From the NCBI GenBank assembly GCA_038087875.1, contig CM075996.1, forward strand, positions 1 through 64,000: a DNA stretch of 64,000 bases, given 5' to 3'. Below the pieces are notes generated by a model, which was not told where the DNA came from, ran no database searches, and worked only from the letters and a program-made list of their open reading frames with translations. Shown here in pieces: positions 24,701-36,700 of this stretch; within the stretch, counting starts at the first letter, position 1, and each line of letters starts with the position of its first letter. Source of the stretch: Malacoraja senta. Its lineage: Eukaryota. The translations under genes were made by a program, and so were the position numbers.

Positions 24701-27700
24701 CTTCCCCCCCCAATCCCCACCCCCAATCGCATGCTGGTTGGCTAACCCTCCTTCAGCTGACTTTGCCTTTCTCCAATCAAGATGGGTGCCTGTCTGACGA
24801 GGCACCTAACTCGCCCTTCTCCCCTCCTCCAAGCTGCAAGCTGTCTCCCTCAGGCACTGCTCTACCCACCGCCAGCCTCGGCTGCATCGGCTCTGGTCTT
24901 AACATGCAAAACCTAAACGCTAGACACGTAAGGGCTGCTTTCTGAATGTGTCTTGTGACTGGGATGTCATGATACTGTGCAATCTATGTGAGCAAATCTT
25001 AGTGTCTGTTTCTGCCTGCACTTTTCTAGATGTCGCAGGGTCCATGACCTAGTAAGGTGATCAATAAATTTCACATCAGTACTAAATTTAAGTCTTGCCC
25101 CATTATTATCTTCCTCCTTTTAGACAAGCCTATTCATACACTTCCTATGTTTCTCTTTTTTTTCCATTTGCCCTCCACTCAACCAGTGATATTTCTGTAC
25201 CACTGCAGCAATAAAAATACACTGAAAAGAGTATCCAATGATTTCAAAATCAGCATTATTAGGGGAAAGGAGGTGATGGGGGCAAAGCATATTTATTCAT
25301 TAAAAGGAACACTTGATGTGCTTGATCATGTTGTGCAATGAAATGTTTTCTGGGGTTTTTTGTAAGTGTACCTTACTTTTGTACAATTGTACTTTTCCAA
25401 GCTCTACCAAGAAATTTTCAAACTCATTCATTATTTTCAGGGCTCATGTTTTTCTTGGGTCTTTCTGTATTAAACTGTCAGGATGGTTTGGTGGTAGGTT
25501 AGGAAATTTCATAACTCATCACCGAATGTGCCCATCATTCTTTTTCCAGGACTCAGCTGGGTTGCCTGAGCAGGTCAGAGAGGGGTTATAATCTCAAGTG
25601 GTTGCGAACTTGTGATCTGTTCACTCCGGTCAGAGTGCGGTTTTGAAACCTAAATTTTCTTCCTCAATCCGTCGCTAAAGTCACTTCTCTTATTGATATA
25701 CCAGGCAGCTTCAGTAACATGCAGAATTTCCATAACTACTGTAGCATAGTGGTGTAATCCCAATTCTGATCACATGAAGATTTTATCCTGCCATCTTAAA
25801 ACTGTGAAAAACTATTGTTTGCAGTCCCTGAAAATAACGAGCTGAAGGTATGGGGATTAGAACGAGTTAGGGAGGGGTGGAGGGGTGGACAGGGGGTGAA
25901 GGAGTTAAGTGTAGGCGATGATGTTAATAGTTGTGGGAACAACTTGGTATGAAGGTTGAAGAGTACTGAACATTTCAGTTTCGTTTATTATCACATGTGA
26001 AAAGCTTGTGTTGCATGCTAACCAGTTAGCAGAAAGACATAACATGATTACAATTGAGCCATTTACAGTGTATAGATACATGATAAGGGAATAATGTTTA
26101 GTGCAAGATAAAGCCAGCAACGTTCGATCAAGGGTGGTCCAAGGGTCGCCAATGAGGTAGATAGTAATGTCTAAGAAGGAACTGCAGATGCTGGAAAATC
26201 GAAGGTTGACAAAAGTGCTGGAGAAACTCAGCAGGTGAGGCACCATCTATGGAGCGAAGGAAATAGGCAACATTGCCTATTTCCTTTGCTCCATAGATGC
26301 AGCTGCACCCGCTGAGTTTCTCCAGCACTTTTGTCTACCAAGGTAGATAGTAGTTCTGCACTGCTCTCTGGTTGTGGTAGGATGATTCAGTTGTCTGTTA
26401 ACAGCTGGGAAGAAACTGTCCCTGAATCTGGAGGTGTGTGTTTACACACTTCCATACATTTTGCCTGATGGGAGAGGGGAAAAGAGGGAGTGGCCAGGGT
26501 GCAAATCATCTTTGATTATGCTGCTGGCCTTGCCGAGGCAGTGTGAGGTATAAATGGATGGCGTTTTCAACGCATCAGTTTTGAATGAAGCTGAGATTTC
26601 AAGGTGGCCTCTTTAACAAACATTCCTGAAGGGGAAAGAGTGACATTATGTCAGAGTCCAACTGGGATTTGAACCTGATTCACTGGTGACATGTGGGAGG
26701 AAATTCAGTAAACATACAAAGGAGAAATATTAAAGCCCCGAGGGAAGGTAGATAATCCATTTAGAGAGCTGTAACAGTTACAATAGACCCCTTTTGCTGA
26801 TACTTCTGAGATGTCAGTTCTCCATAGTGGAATGTTGCATTACTTTGGGGATGGTGGTGAGGTGGAATAGCTAATCTTTGCCTTGGACATGTGTTTCTGT
26901 TGTTCTGTGGGGGTATATATGATTCTAAGGTGTTCTCCCTATCTGGTTGCATTCGACCAAGTTATGCTGTATAAAAAATATGTAATACAAGGAAATCTAA
27001 TTTCTATAACGTTTCCTATCTGTCTCTCTTTCTCGTACGCATACAGAATGGCAATCATGGTTTATTTGGCAGCAGCACAGCACAATCCAGAGGTGTGCAC
27101 ACGCCTCAGGTGCAGTCCATGAATTCATCCCAGCCTAACCTTCGGCCTCAAGTGCCTCCGCAGTTCCTGCCCCCCCCTCAGGTACGTAAAGTTGAGTTGT
27201 CACGTCTCTTTATGATCCCTGCACCTTTTTTTGGGACGGGGGAGGAAATGTGATTAGGGAGACTGCACTTTGTCCGCAATCATTCAGTTCTTGGTCTTGG
27301 ATTCATGTGCAAGACCTAGGCTAAACATTGGATGTTTGGCAGCTGAGATAAAAAAGAACATGCTGGAAATAATCAGCAGGGTAAACAGTATCTGTGGGAA
27401 GAGAGATGGTTAAGGTTTCAGATTAATTTTAAAAATATTGATTTGAAATATTGGCTCTGTTGCTTTCCAGTTTTTTTTTGAAGATTGGTGTCAATGGATG
27501 CCTGTAGTGTTTCATTCCCGAGCACTTGTATTATTATAAATATTCTAGTCAAGGCACAAGAACACTTAATCCCATGTTGTCATCCCTGCTGCTGTACATG
27601 ATGAACCTAATGAACAGACGATATATATTATCGGGACTTTTGAGTTCAATTGGCAATTTTTTTATGTTGGATAACTTTGTCAAATTTATAGTTTCATTCA

Positions 27701-30700
27701 TTTGCGCTCAATTAATTCCTTTTAAAAACAAAAGACACAAAGTGCTATGGCGACTCGGTGGGTCAGGCAGCAACCCTGGAGAATGTTTTGGGTCGGGACC
27801 CTTCTTCAGACAGTAACACAGCAAATGAATGATTTTGATTAATTGCAGGTTCCTGCCCCCATGTTAAAGCATACCACTCCGAATGGTGCCCTGAACCCAG
27901 CCTTGTTTAGCCTTGGTCCTCAACTAACCCCTCAACAAATAGCTATGCTCAGCCAACTCCCTCAGCTCCCACAGCTACAGTTGGTGAGTATCACATGTAT
28001 ATCATAGCAATTACATATTTTCTAATAGCTGTATCATCTCCGTCAACCTCGACTAATATCTATCGATTATCGACACAGAAAACGAATATGCAGAAGGACC
28101 ATGGTGCCACACCTTTGAGAGTGGCTTTACATTTCTGTTTGTTGTTAAGTATTAATTTGATTTTTTTTTTCCCCTTTGGTAATTTCATTTTTGCTTCATT
28201 AAAACTTCAAAGCCTTGCACATATTTACAGTGCTCTCCACAATGTTTGGGACAAAGACCCATCATTTATTTATTTACTCTACGCCACAATTTGAGATTTG
28301 AGAAAAAAATCACGTGGTTAAAGTGCACATTGTCAGATTCAATTAAAGCGTATTTTTTAATACATTTTGGTTTCACCATGTAAAAATTACAGCAGTGTTT
28401 ATACATAATCCCCCCATTTCAGGGCACCATAAAGTTTGGGACACAGCAGTGTCATGTAAATGAAAGTAGTCATGTTTAGTATTTTGTTGCATATACTTTG
28501 CATGCAATGACTGCTTGAAGTCTGCGATTCATGGACATCACCAGTTGCTGGGTGTCTTCTCTGGTGATGCTCTGCCAGGCCTGTATTGCAGCCATCTTTA
28601 GCTTATGCTTGTTTTGGGGGATAGTCCTCTTCAGTTTGCTGTTCAGCATATAAAAGGCATGCTCAATTGGGTTCAGATCGGATGATTGACTTGGCCATAC
28701 AAGAATTGACCATTTTTTAGCTTTGAAAAACTCCTTTGTTGCTTTAGCAGTATGTTTGGGATCATTGTCTTGCTGTAGAATGAACCGCTGGTCAATGTGT
28801 TTTGAGGCATTTGTTGGAACTTGAGCAGATAGGATGTGTCTATACACTTCAGAATTCATTATGCTACTACCATCATCAGTTGTATCATCAATGAAGATAA
28901 GTGAACCAGCACCTGCAGCAGCCATACATGCCCAGGCCATTACACCCCCACCACCGTGTTTCACAGATGAGGTGGTACGCTCTGGATCTTGGGCAGTTCC
29001 TTCTCTCCTCCATACTTTGCTCTTGCCATCACTCTGATATAAGTTATTATTCGTCTCATCTATTCACTAAACCTTTTTCCAGAACTGTGGTTGCTCTTTT
29101 AAGTACTTCTTGGCAAACTGTAACCAGGCCATCCTATTTTTGTGCTAACCAGTGGTTTGCATCTTGCAGTGTAGCCTCTGTATTTCTGTTCATGAAGTCT
29201 TCTGACAGGTGTTTGGGGATTTTTCTTTATAATAGAGAGAATCCTTCTGTCATCAGCTGTGGAGGTGTTCCTTGGCCTGCCAGTCCCTTTGTGATTAGTA
29301 AGCTCACCAGTGCTCTCTTTCTTCCTAATGATGTTCCAAACAGTTGATTTTGGGAAGCCTAATGTTTGGCTGATGTCTCTAACAGTTTTATTCTTGTTTT
29401 TCAGTCTCCTAATGGTTTCTTTGACTTTCATTGGCACAACTTTGGTCCTCATGTTGATAAACAGCAATAAAAGTTTCCAAAGGTGATGGAAAGACTGGAG
29501 GAAAGACTAGGTGCTGAGAGCTCTCTTATACCTGCATTAAGGAGGCAATTAAACACACCTGAGCAATTACAAACACCTGTGAAGCCATGTGTCCCAAACA
29601 TTATGGTGCCCTGAAATGGGGGGACTATGTATAAACACAGCTGTAATTTCCACATGGTGAAACCACAATGTGTAACAATTGCCTTTAATAAAATCTGACA
29701 ATGTGCACTTTAACCACATGATTTTTTTTTCTATTACAAATCTCAAATTATGGAGTACAGAGGCAAATAACTAATGATGGGTCTGTCCCAAATATTATGG
29801 AGGGCACTGTATTGGGTGGTATGTTACAAGGCTAGCACAATGCACTGTGAGTGTACAGTCTTTCGGGAGGAATGGCAATTATAATGAACAATTAAATTCC
29901 TGTCCCTTTGCTCTGCTGCTCTTTTATATAACCAAGTAAGCAGGAGCAAGAATCTGGTCTCCCCTTTCATTGTGATTTCGTGTCTCTAGTTCACTCTGAA
30001 CTCTCTTCACACAGGCTTACCAGCTGTTGCTTCAACAACAACAACAGCAGCAAGTGCTGCAAAACCAACGGAAGCTGTCTGCCGCAGTCCGACAACAACA
30101 AGAACAGCAAGTATGTGATTATAAAGATAGTGAATCTCTTGCAAACCCCCTGAACATTTTTTGTCAGTGTGGTGAATGTTTTTCAGTTTGGGTGCTTTGC
30201 AGGATAGATGTGGAAATAACATTTCTCCTGATTGGAGTGTCTAGAACCAGAGGTCATGGTCTCAGTATAAGGGGTCAGCCATTCAGGGTAGAAATAGGTA
30301 GTTTCTCCACTCAGCGCCACGGTAGTGCAGTGGTAGAGTTGCTGCCATAGAGCTCCAGAGACCCTGGGTCGATCCGAACTAAGGGTGTCTGTAAGGAGTT
30401 TGCACGTTCTCCCTGTGACCGTGTGGGATTTCTGTACAAATCCAAAAGACGTGCAGGTTTGTTGGTTAATTGGCTTCTGTAAATTGTCCCTTGTGTGTGT
30501 GATAGAACTGATGTACCGTTGGTCGGCGTGGACTCAGTGGGCCGAAGGGGCCTGTTTCCACATTGTATCTCTAAACTTAAAAACGAAACTGAACATCCAG
30601 GTGGAAGCAGATTGTTGGTATTCTTCATCCAAGAAGCTTGTGGAAACTTAATTGCCGAGTATATTCAAGACAGATGCAAAAATGTCAGATATTAGGGAAA

Positions 30701-33700
30701 TAAAAGGCTCTGAGGTTAGTTCAGGAAAGTTGTGCTGAGGTAAAAGATAAACCATGCTATTGAATGGCAGAGCAGGTGTGGGGAGAGAATGTCCTACTCC
30801 AGCTTTGCTTTCACCTTCTCAAATTTGAGATTCCTACTTTGCTGCTACATGCCGGCATTCTTTGCTGGTGCTTGTGCCAGGAGTGCTGAACATTAAAAAT
30901 AGAAACATCACTCATTGTGGTGAAACTCTGCGGTGCCACATAGAGTTTTAAATATCACAGTTTGCAATTGGGGCGGTTGAAAATGTTTGGACTTTGTATG
31001 CCTTCTTGGGACCAGCGTGTGATGTCGGCAAATGCCCCTCGGTTCCATTTAATACTATTTACCAAGCCAAATATTAACTAAATATTAAGGGAAATTGGCT
31101 GGATTGGTTGTCAGTTCTTAAGTTAAAATTACACTATTTCAGGTTTCTATTAAATAATGTCCTCCCCACTCGAGAGTAGTATCAAATGGCTGCATTGTCA
31201 TTTAATCTGGAAAGTGATTTGATACGGCAATGACTAAATAGCAAAATTAATTGTTTGATTCAGCACAGTGAAAGACAAATGTTGCGCCTGCTGCATCGTT
31301 CGTACGTGAATCATTGCATTGTTGTGACTCGGGTAAAAGTTCATGTCAGCTAGCATCAACGCAAAACCTTGTAGACGTTGAAAACATGCAAACTGATTTC
31401 CCATTGTTCGGCAGGTTATCACAGCATTTAGCAGTGCACAGTTATGTGGCGAACCTTTAACACTTCAAATTCTCTTAGTTATGTACTCTGAAGCAAATGA
31501 GAAACAAATGTGCTGCATTTCGATGGCAAGACTCCCGTGAGACCAGAGTAAGGAAGTTGGAATGTGATGGGTGGCAGGATGTGTTCAGCTTTGGGCAGAG
31601 GATTTAATTTCATATGCCCTTTAACTGCAAGGTGGTGGAATTACCCAGCATGTTCATCAGTTGAGCCTGTTCACATTGTAAACGAATTGGCAGGTTCAAA
31701 TATTCTGCTCCTTCCTGATTAATCCCAAGAGGTTTTAAAGTCCTATGTTTTACCGTACATGTTGCTGCTAGGTTTTCCATGCTCATTTAGAATTGTTAAT
31801 GGTGAAACTGCGTGTTCTGTTCTGGTAATGCGTACTCTATGAAAGGATTATATTTCCCTTCTATAAACCTAGGAGCAGTAAGGGCAGTTATGACATATCC
31901 TGCCCATTGACATTTTAATGGGCTTTATCCACTAACATTTTGTTGAAGTATTGTCCAATTTTCCAAAATGTGGTTCTTTAAGGGTAATAGATTTACTTGT
32001 ATATTGGTGGGAGTGAATGTGTGAAGATGTGCGCAGTTTTAACGTGCTTGTGCTTTTCCATAGCTTGCACGCATTGTTAATGCCCTGCAGCAGCAACAAC
32101 AGCAACAACAGCAGCATCGACACAACAACACCCCTGGGATGAAGCATTCTCCGTCACATCCCGGCATGCCCAAGCAACACCTGGATAATGTTGTGCCTAG
32201 TTCTCTTCCCACTGGCCTTCCAGACTTCCAGACCAAAGGACAGATTCAGCCAGGCTACCCAATGGGTGAGTTCCCTCGTCAGGTAGTTTTGTAATCCTGC
32301 TACCATTTTAAACGGTTTTAAACTTTTACTAAGCTTATGGACTTGAGATTCTCGGCACTTAAAGCATAATTCACATTTCAGGCATGGGCTCAAACATGAA
32401 CGTAAACCAGTTAGACGTCAACAGTATTGTTGGAATGAAAGAACCTCAATCGCAGCAATCACGGCTCAAGCAGTGGACAACCATGGATGGTCTCTCTCCT
32501 GCCACTCCACCACCAGATCACAACCCCCTGAAAAATGGTAACTATGCAGACATTACATGGGGCTCGGGATGTATTGGACATATTTACTGATTTCATTCTC
32601 CATGCTTTTTCTCCTGAAACCAAAATCCTTTATAAGTCCCTATCTGAAATCACTTAATCGTGGCCTCTCTCCTTTTCAACCATAGACGTTGTGTACTCCT
32701 TTACATTAATCCCACCTGCTGATTGCAGACAATTTGAGCGTGTTTAAACAAAAAACGCAATGAAATGCCCACGTCACATAGCATTGTGTATGAGCCCAAA
32801 TTAAATTGCTGATAAGTTTGAAATCATCAGATTGAACTAGTGTTCTCTACCTGCTGAAAGGCATAATGTTGAATCTGTGGAGGTTAAACCTGAACATGAA
32901 TTCAAATTGGTGTTTAATTGGAGAGTCAAAATGGATTGGCAGGTTTCACCTGAACCATCTCAGGATACAAAGAAAAAAAGAAACACCATTCACTTATGTC
33001 ACTGCTTCTAGAATAATGAGGAAATGTCCTTGATGACATACACAATGTAAAGAAGCATCTAGCAGTAAGAGTCATAGTCATACAGCTCAGAAGCAGGCCC
33101 TTCTGCCCAACTTGCCAAACTAACTAAACTAGTCCCACTTGCTTGTACTTGGCCTGTAACCTTCAATACCTTTCTTATCCATCTACCTGCCCAGGTATCT
33201 TGTAAATGTTTTAATATTATCTGTCTCTGGCACCTTGGTCCCCATATGCATTACTCCCTGCGTGGAGAAAATGCTCCTCAGGTCCCCTTTTAAAACTTTT
33301 CCCTCTCATCTTAAACTTATATTTTCTCTTTGTAACTGAAACCCTCGAATCCTTGTAACGTCCTCTGAAATCCTCCTTCCTGATTTAACATATTGGGTTG
33401 ACCCCAATATAGTTCTGAACATGGTACTCCAAATGTGGGCGTACATACATTTTGCACAGCTGTAACATGATGTTTCAAGTCCTGCACGGTACCATGGTCG
33501 ATGAGGGCAAGCATGCCGAACGCCACCTTCAGCACCTGTGCTGCCACTTTCAAACCCTGGGTTTCTCCGTTCTCCATCACTTCCTTCGGCCATGCTATTC
33601 ACTGTGCAAGTCCTACCTTGGTTTGTCTTACCAAAATGCATTCACCTCGCATTTATCTGAATTATAATCCATTCCTTGGCACATTGAATTGTAATTCAAT

Positions 33701-36700
33701 TGTAATCTTGGATAACTGTTAACTATACCACCAAGTTTAAAGTCATCAACAAACTTACCATTCCACTTGCATGTTCATCCTAAATGTTAATGTAGATAAC
33801 AAACAACAGTGGACATTTAGGCTTCAAGTTATATGAAGTGCTTTCAGCACATTCGGTTGATAAGTTCTTCAGCTGATGTTTCTTGCACATTAAAAGAGAG
33901 AGCACCTTAGAGCTAAAGCTAGGTACACGCCTGAATGATACTATTCCCAAGTACTGCTTCATCACCAATCAGTAGTGTGGCCTCCACTTTGTATATTTAA
34001 TTATTCCGTGCTTTATTATTGCAGGGATTTGTTCAGTTGTTAATTTGTGTAAGCATTCCCCTGACTGGTTTGAGTATAAGGTATTCGATATTAATTTGTT
34101 GGGAGTTTTGTAGCTGATCACCCAGAAGAACTGTGTGTTATTAGTCTTGTAATTTTATGTTGTTATACAGGTGCTATTTCGAGCAGCATGGCACCACCGG
34201 TGAAGCCTCGAGATAGTTTGCCCTATTATGAAATGATAGCAGGTGATTCCTTGGCCAGCCATTCTGGCCCTACGAGTGATAACTGGTCCACCCCTAAGCT
34301 CTCAAATGGTTCCAGCGGCTCCAGTTGGCCTCCAGGTCAGAAATAACATCAAAATGTTTTAAAATAATACGACCGAGTAAAATGTGGTCACTCTGGTAAA
34401 ATAGCTTCAGTTTGAGCCAGTGGGATTGGCTAATCTATAAAGCAGGAATTCAAGCCCTTGATACAGATCTGTGACTCTTCGCAAAGGTTGAACCTTAATC
34501 TGAAGAGTGAGTAGTGGTGGACCATGACCTGGGTTCAGTCCTTCCCAAGTGAATCCAAATCTGCAAAATATTATATTTATGTCTAAGTTACACTGAACTA
34601 ATTGTGAACACCTAATGAGTGTTAGTGTTCATGGAGAAATACCGGGAATACCCATGGGAACCTCAGGGTAATGCATCTTCACTGGAAAACTGAATCATAC
34701 TTTACCAAGGGGTCACAGTGCAGCCCATTTTCCGCTAATCAAATTACTCTATTAGTTCTACTGTAATATTAATTGATTCTGGAACCAAAGATCTGATTTC
34801 TGAAATCAAATACACAAGTATTGCAATTTTCAAGAATGTTCTTTACATGCAGTTAAAGTCCTCTGCTTGGAAGTATAGTAACTGTTTATGCTGATTCCAG
34901 GAATGTGGCTATCGTGGGCAGCTTTTATTATCTCTCATAAAGTGATTTGCAAGATTAGTTTCAGAGGGTGTACTCATTGCTTTGATCGTGTACAAACCAG
35001 ATTAGGTGTATATGTTTCCTTCCCTGAAGGCTATTATGGAACCACGTGGATTTTTGTGACATTGCATTAGTTTCACGGTCCAGATTAATTTAAACAACTG
35101 AATTTATATCTCACAAAACAATCCTGTGGTGAAATTTGAACTGAGCTTCTTGGTAGAGGTTTCGGATTACTAATCCAGCATTGTAGCAACAGCCATTTAC
35201 CTTCTGGAAATTCCACAAATTGTAATGAAATTAATGACTACATCAGTCCATGTGTGGCTTGTGTAAAGTGCAAACAAATTATTTGGCTAACATTTGAAGT
35301 GCTCTGTGTTCTGCAATGAGATCTTTAACATGAACCTAGATAACCAGAAAATTAAGCACCTTGGCCAGTGAGGCGGCTCAGTGGCGCAGCAGTAGAGCTG
35401 CCGGTTTACATCGCCAGAGACCAGGGTTCGATCCTGATTATGGCCGCTGTCTGTGGAATTTGTATTCTCTCCCTGTGACAGCCTGGGTTCCTCCGGGTGC
35501 TCCGGTTTCCTCCCGCACTCCAAAGACATGCAGGTTTGTAGATTGTAGACAAAAATGCTGGAGAAACTCAGCGGGTAAGGCAGCATCTATGGAGCGAAGG
35601 AAATAGGCAACGTTTTGGGTCGAAACCCTTCTTCAGACGCTAGGCAACATTTCGACCCGAAACGTTGCCTATTTCCTTCGCTCCATAGATGCTGCCTCAT
35701 CCGCTGAGTTTCTCCAGCATTTTTGTCTACCTTTGATTTTCCAGCATCTGCAGTTCCTTCTTAAACAGGTTTGTAGATTAATTGGCTTTTGTAACATTGT
35801 CCTTGTGTGTTAAGGATAGAACTAGTGTGAACAGGTAATCGCTGGTCAGCACGGATAAAGGGCCTGTTTCCATGCTGAATCTCTAAACTTAAAAAATAAC
35901 TAATGTGTTACTTCCTCAGTCCTACTCTGGATTATCACCTAAAGTGACAGTCATTATGTGTTGTTCTTTGTTGTCACTTTGTTCCTCAAGTGCAAGGCAG
36001 TAAAATCAATTGATAATGCATTTTCTTCCTCCATCTTAATTTACAGAGTTCCGCCCTGGGGAGCCATGGAAGGGTTTCCAAAACATTGACCCCGAATCGG
36101 ATCCGTATGCGACCCCAGCGAGTATGATAAACAACTCTGCAGCACCCCCATCCCCAGATTCGGAACACCAACTTCTCAGGGACAGGAGCACAGGTATGAG
36201 GGCATTCGTTATTTCCAATTTTTTGTTGCAATAGTTCTGAGAGACTAATGTCTGCTTTACTGAAACACTGCTCACCATCCCCAAGGAATGGAGTGGAAAC
36301 TTTTCCCATTGCTGATCTGCATGTTTACCCCATGCAGGGATCATAATAGTGGAATTGTGAAAGTATTTTAATGCGGAATATTTAAACACAAACTGCATTC
36401 TTGATGAGAATATTCCCTGATCTTTGATTGTGCCTTTTTTGTTGGTCCACAGGGTCCAGTTCCTCCCTGAACACCTCGCTGCCTTCACCCGGTGCCTGGT
36501 CCTATAGTGCCTCAAACAGCTCCTACAGCACCGTACAGAGCACTTCAGGTTAGGAGTACTGCATTGAACCAACCATTGTCGAAACTTTATTTTCATTGTC
36601 ATAAAGCGCAGAAACGGGTCCTTTGGCCCAACCTGTGCCGACTAAGATGCCCCATCCATGATAGTCCCACCTGCTTGCGTTTGATCCATATCTCTCTAAA

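Noticed and set aside
30033-32115. Unstable polyglutamine expansion
   Set aside because: Short mixed CAA/CAG runs, normal for the TNRC6 Q-rich region.
35372-35450. tRNA genes at SINE heads (also 22926, 30312, 40312, 42221)
   Set aside because: A/B boxes run directly into the V-domain and a LINE-like tail; no complete cloverleaf.
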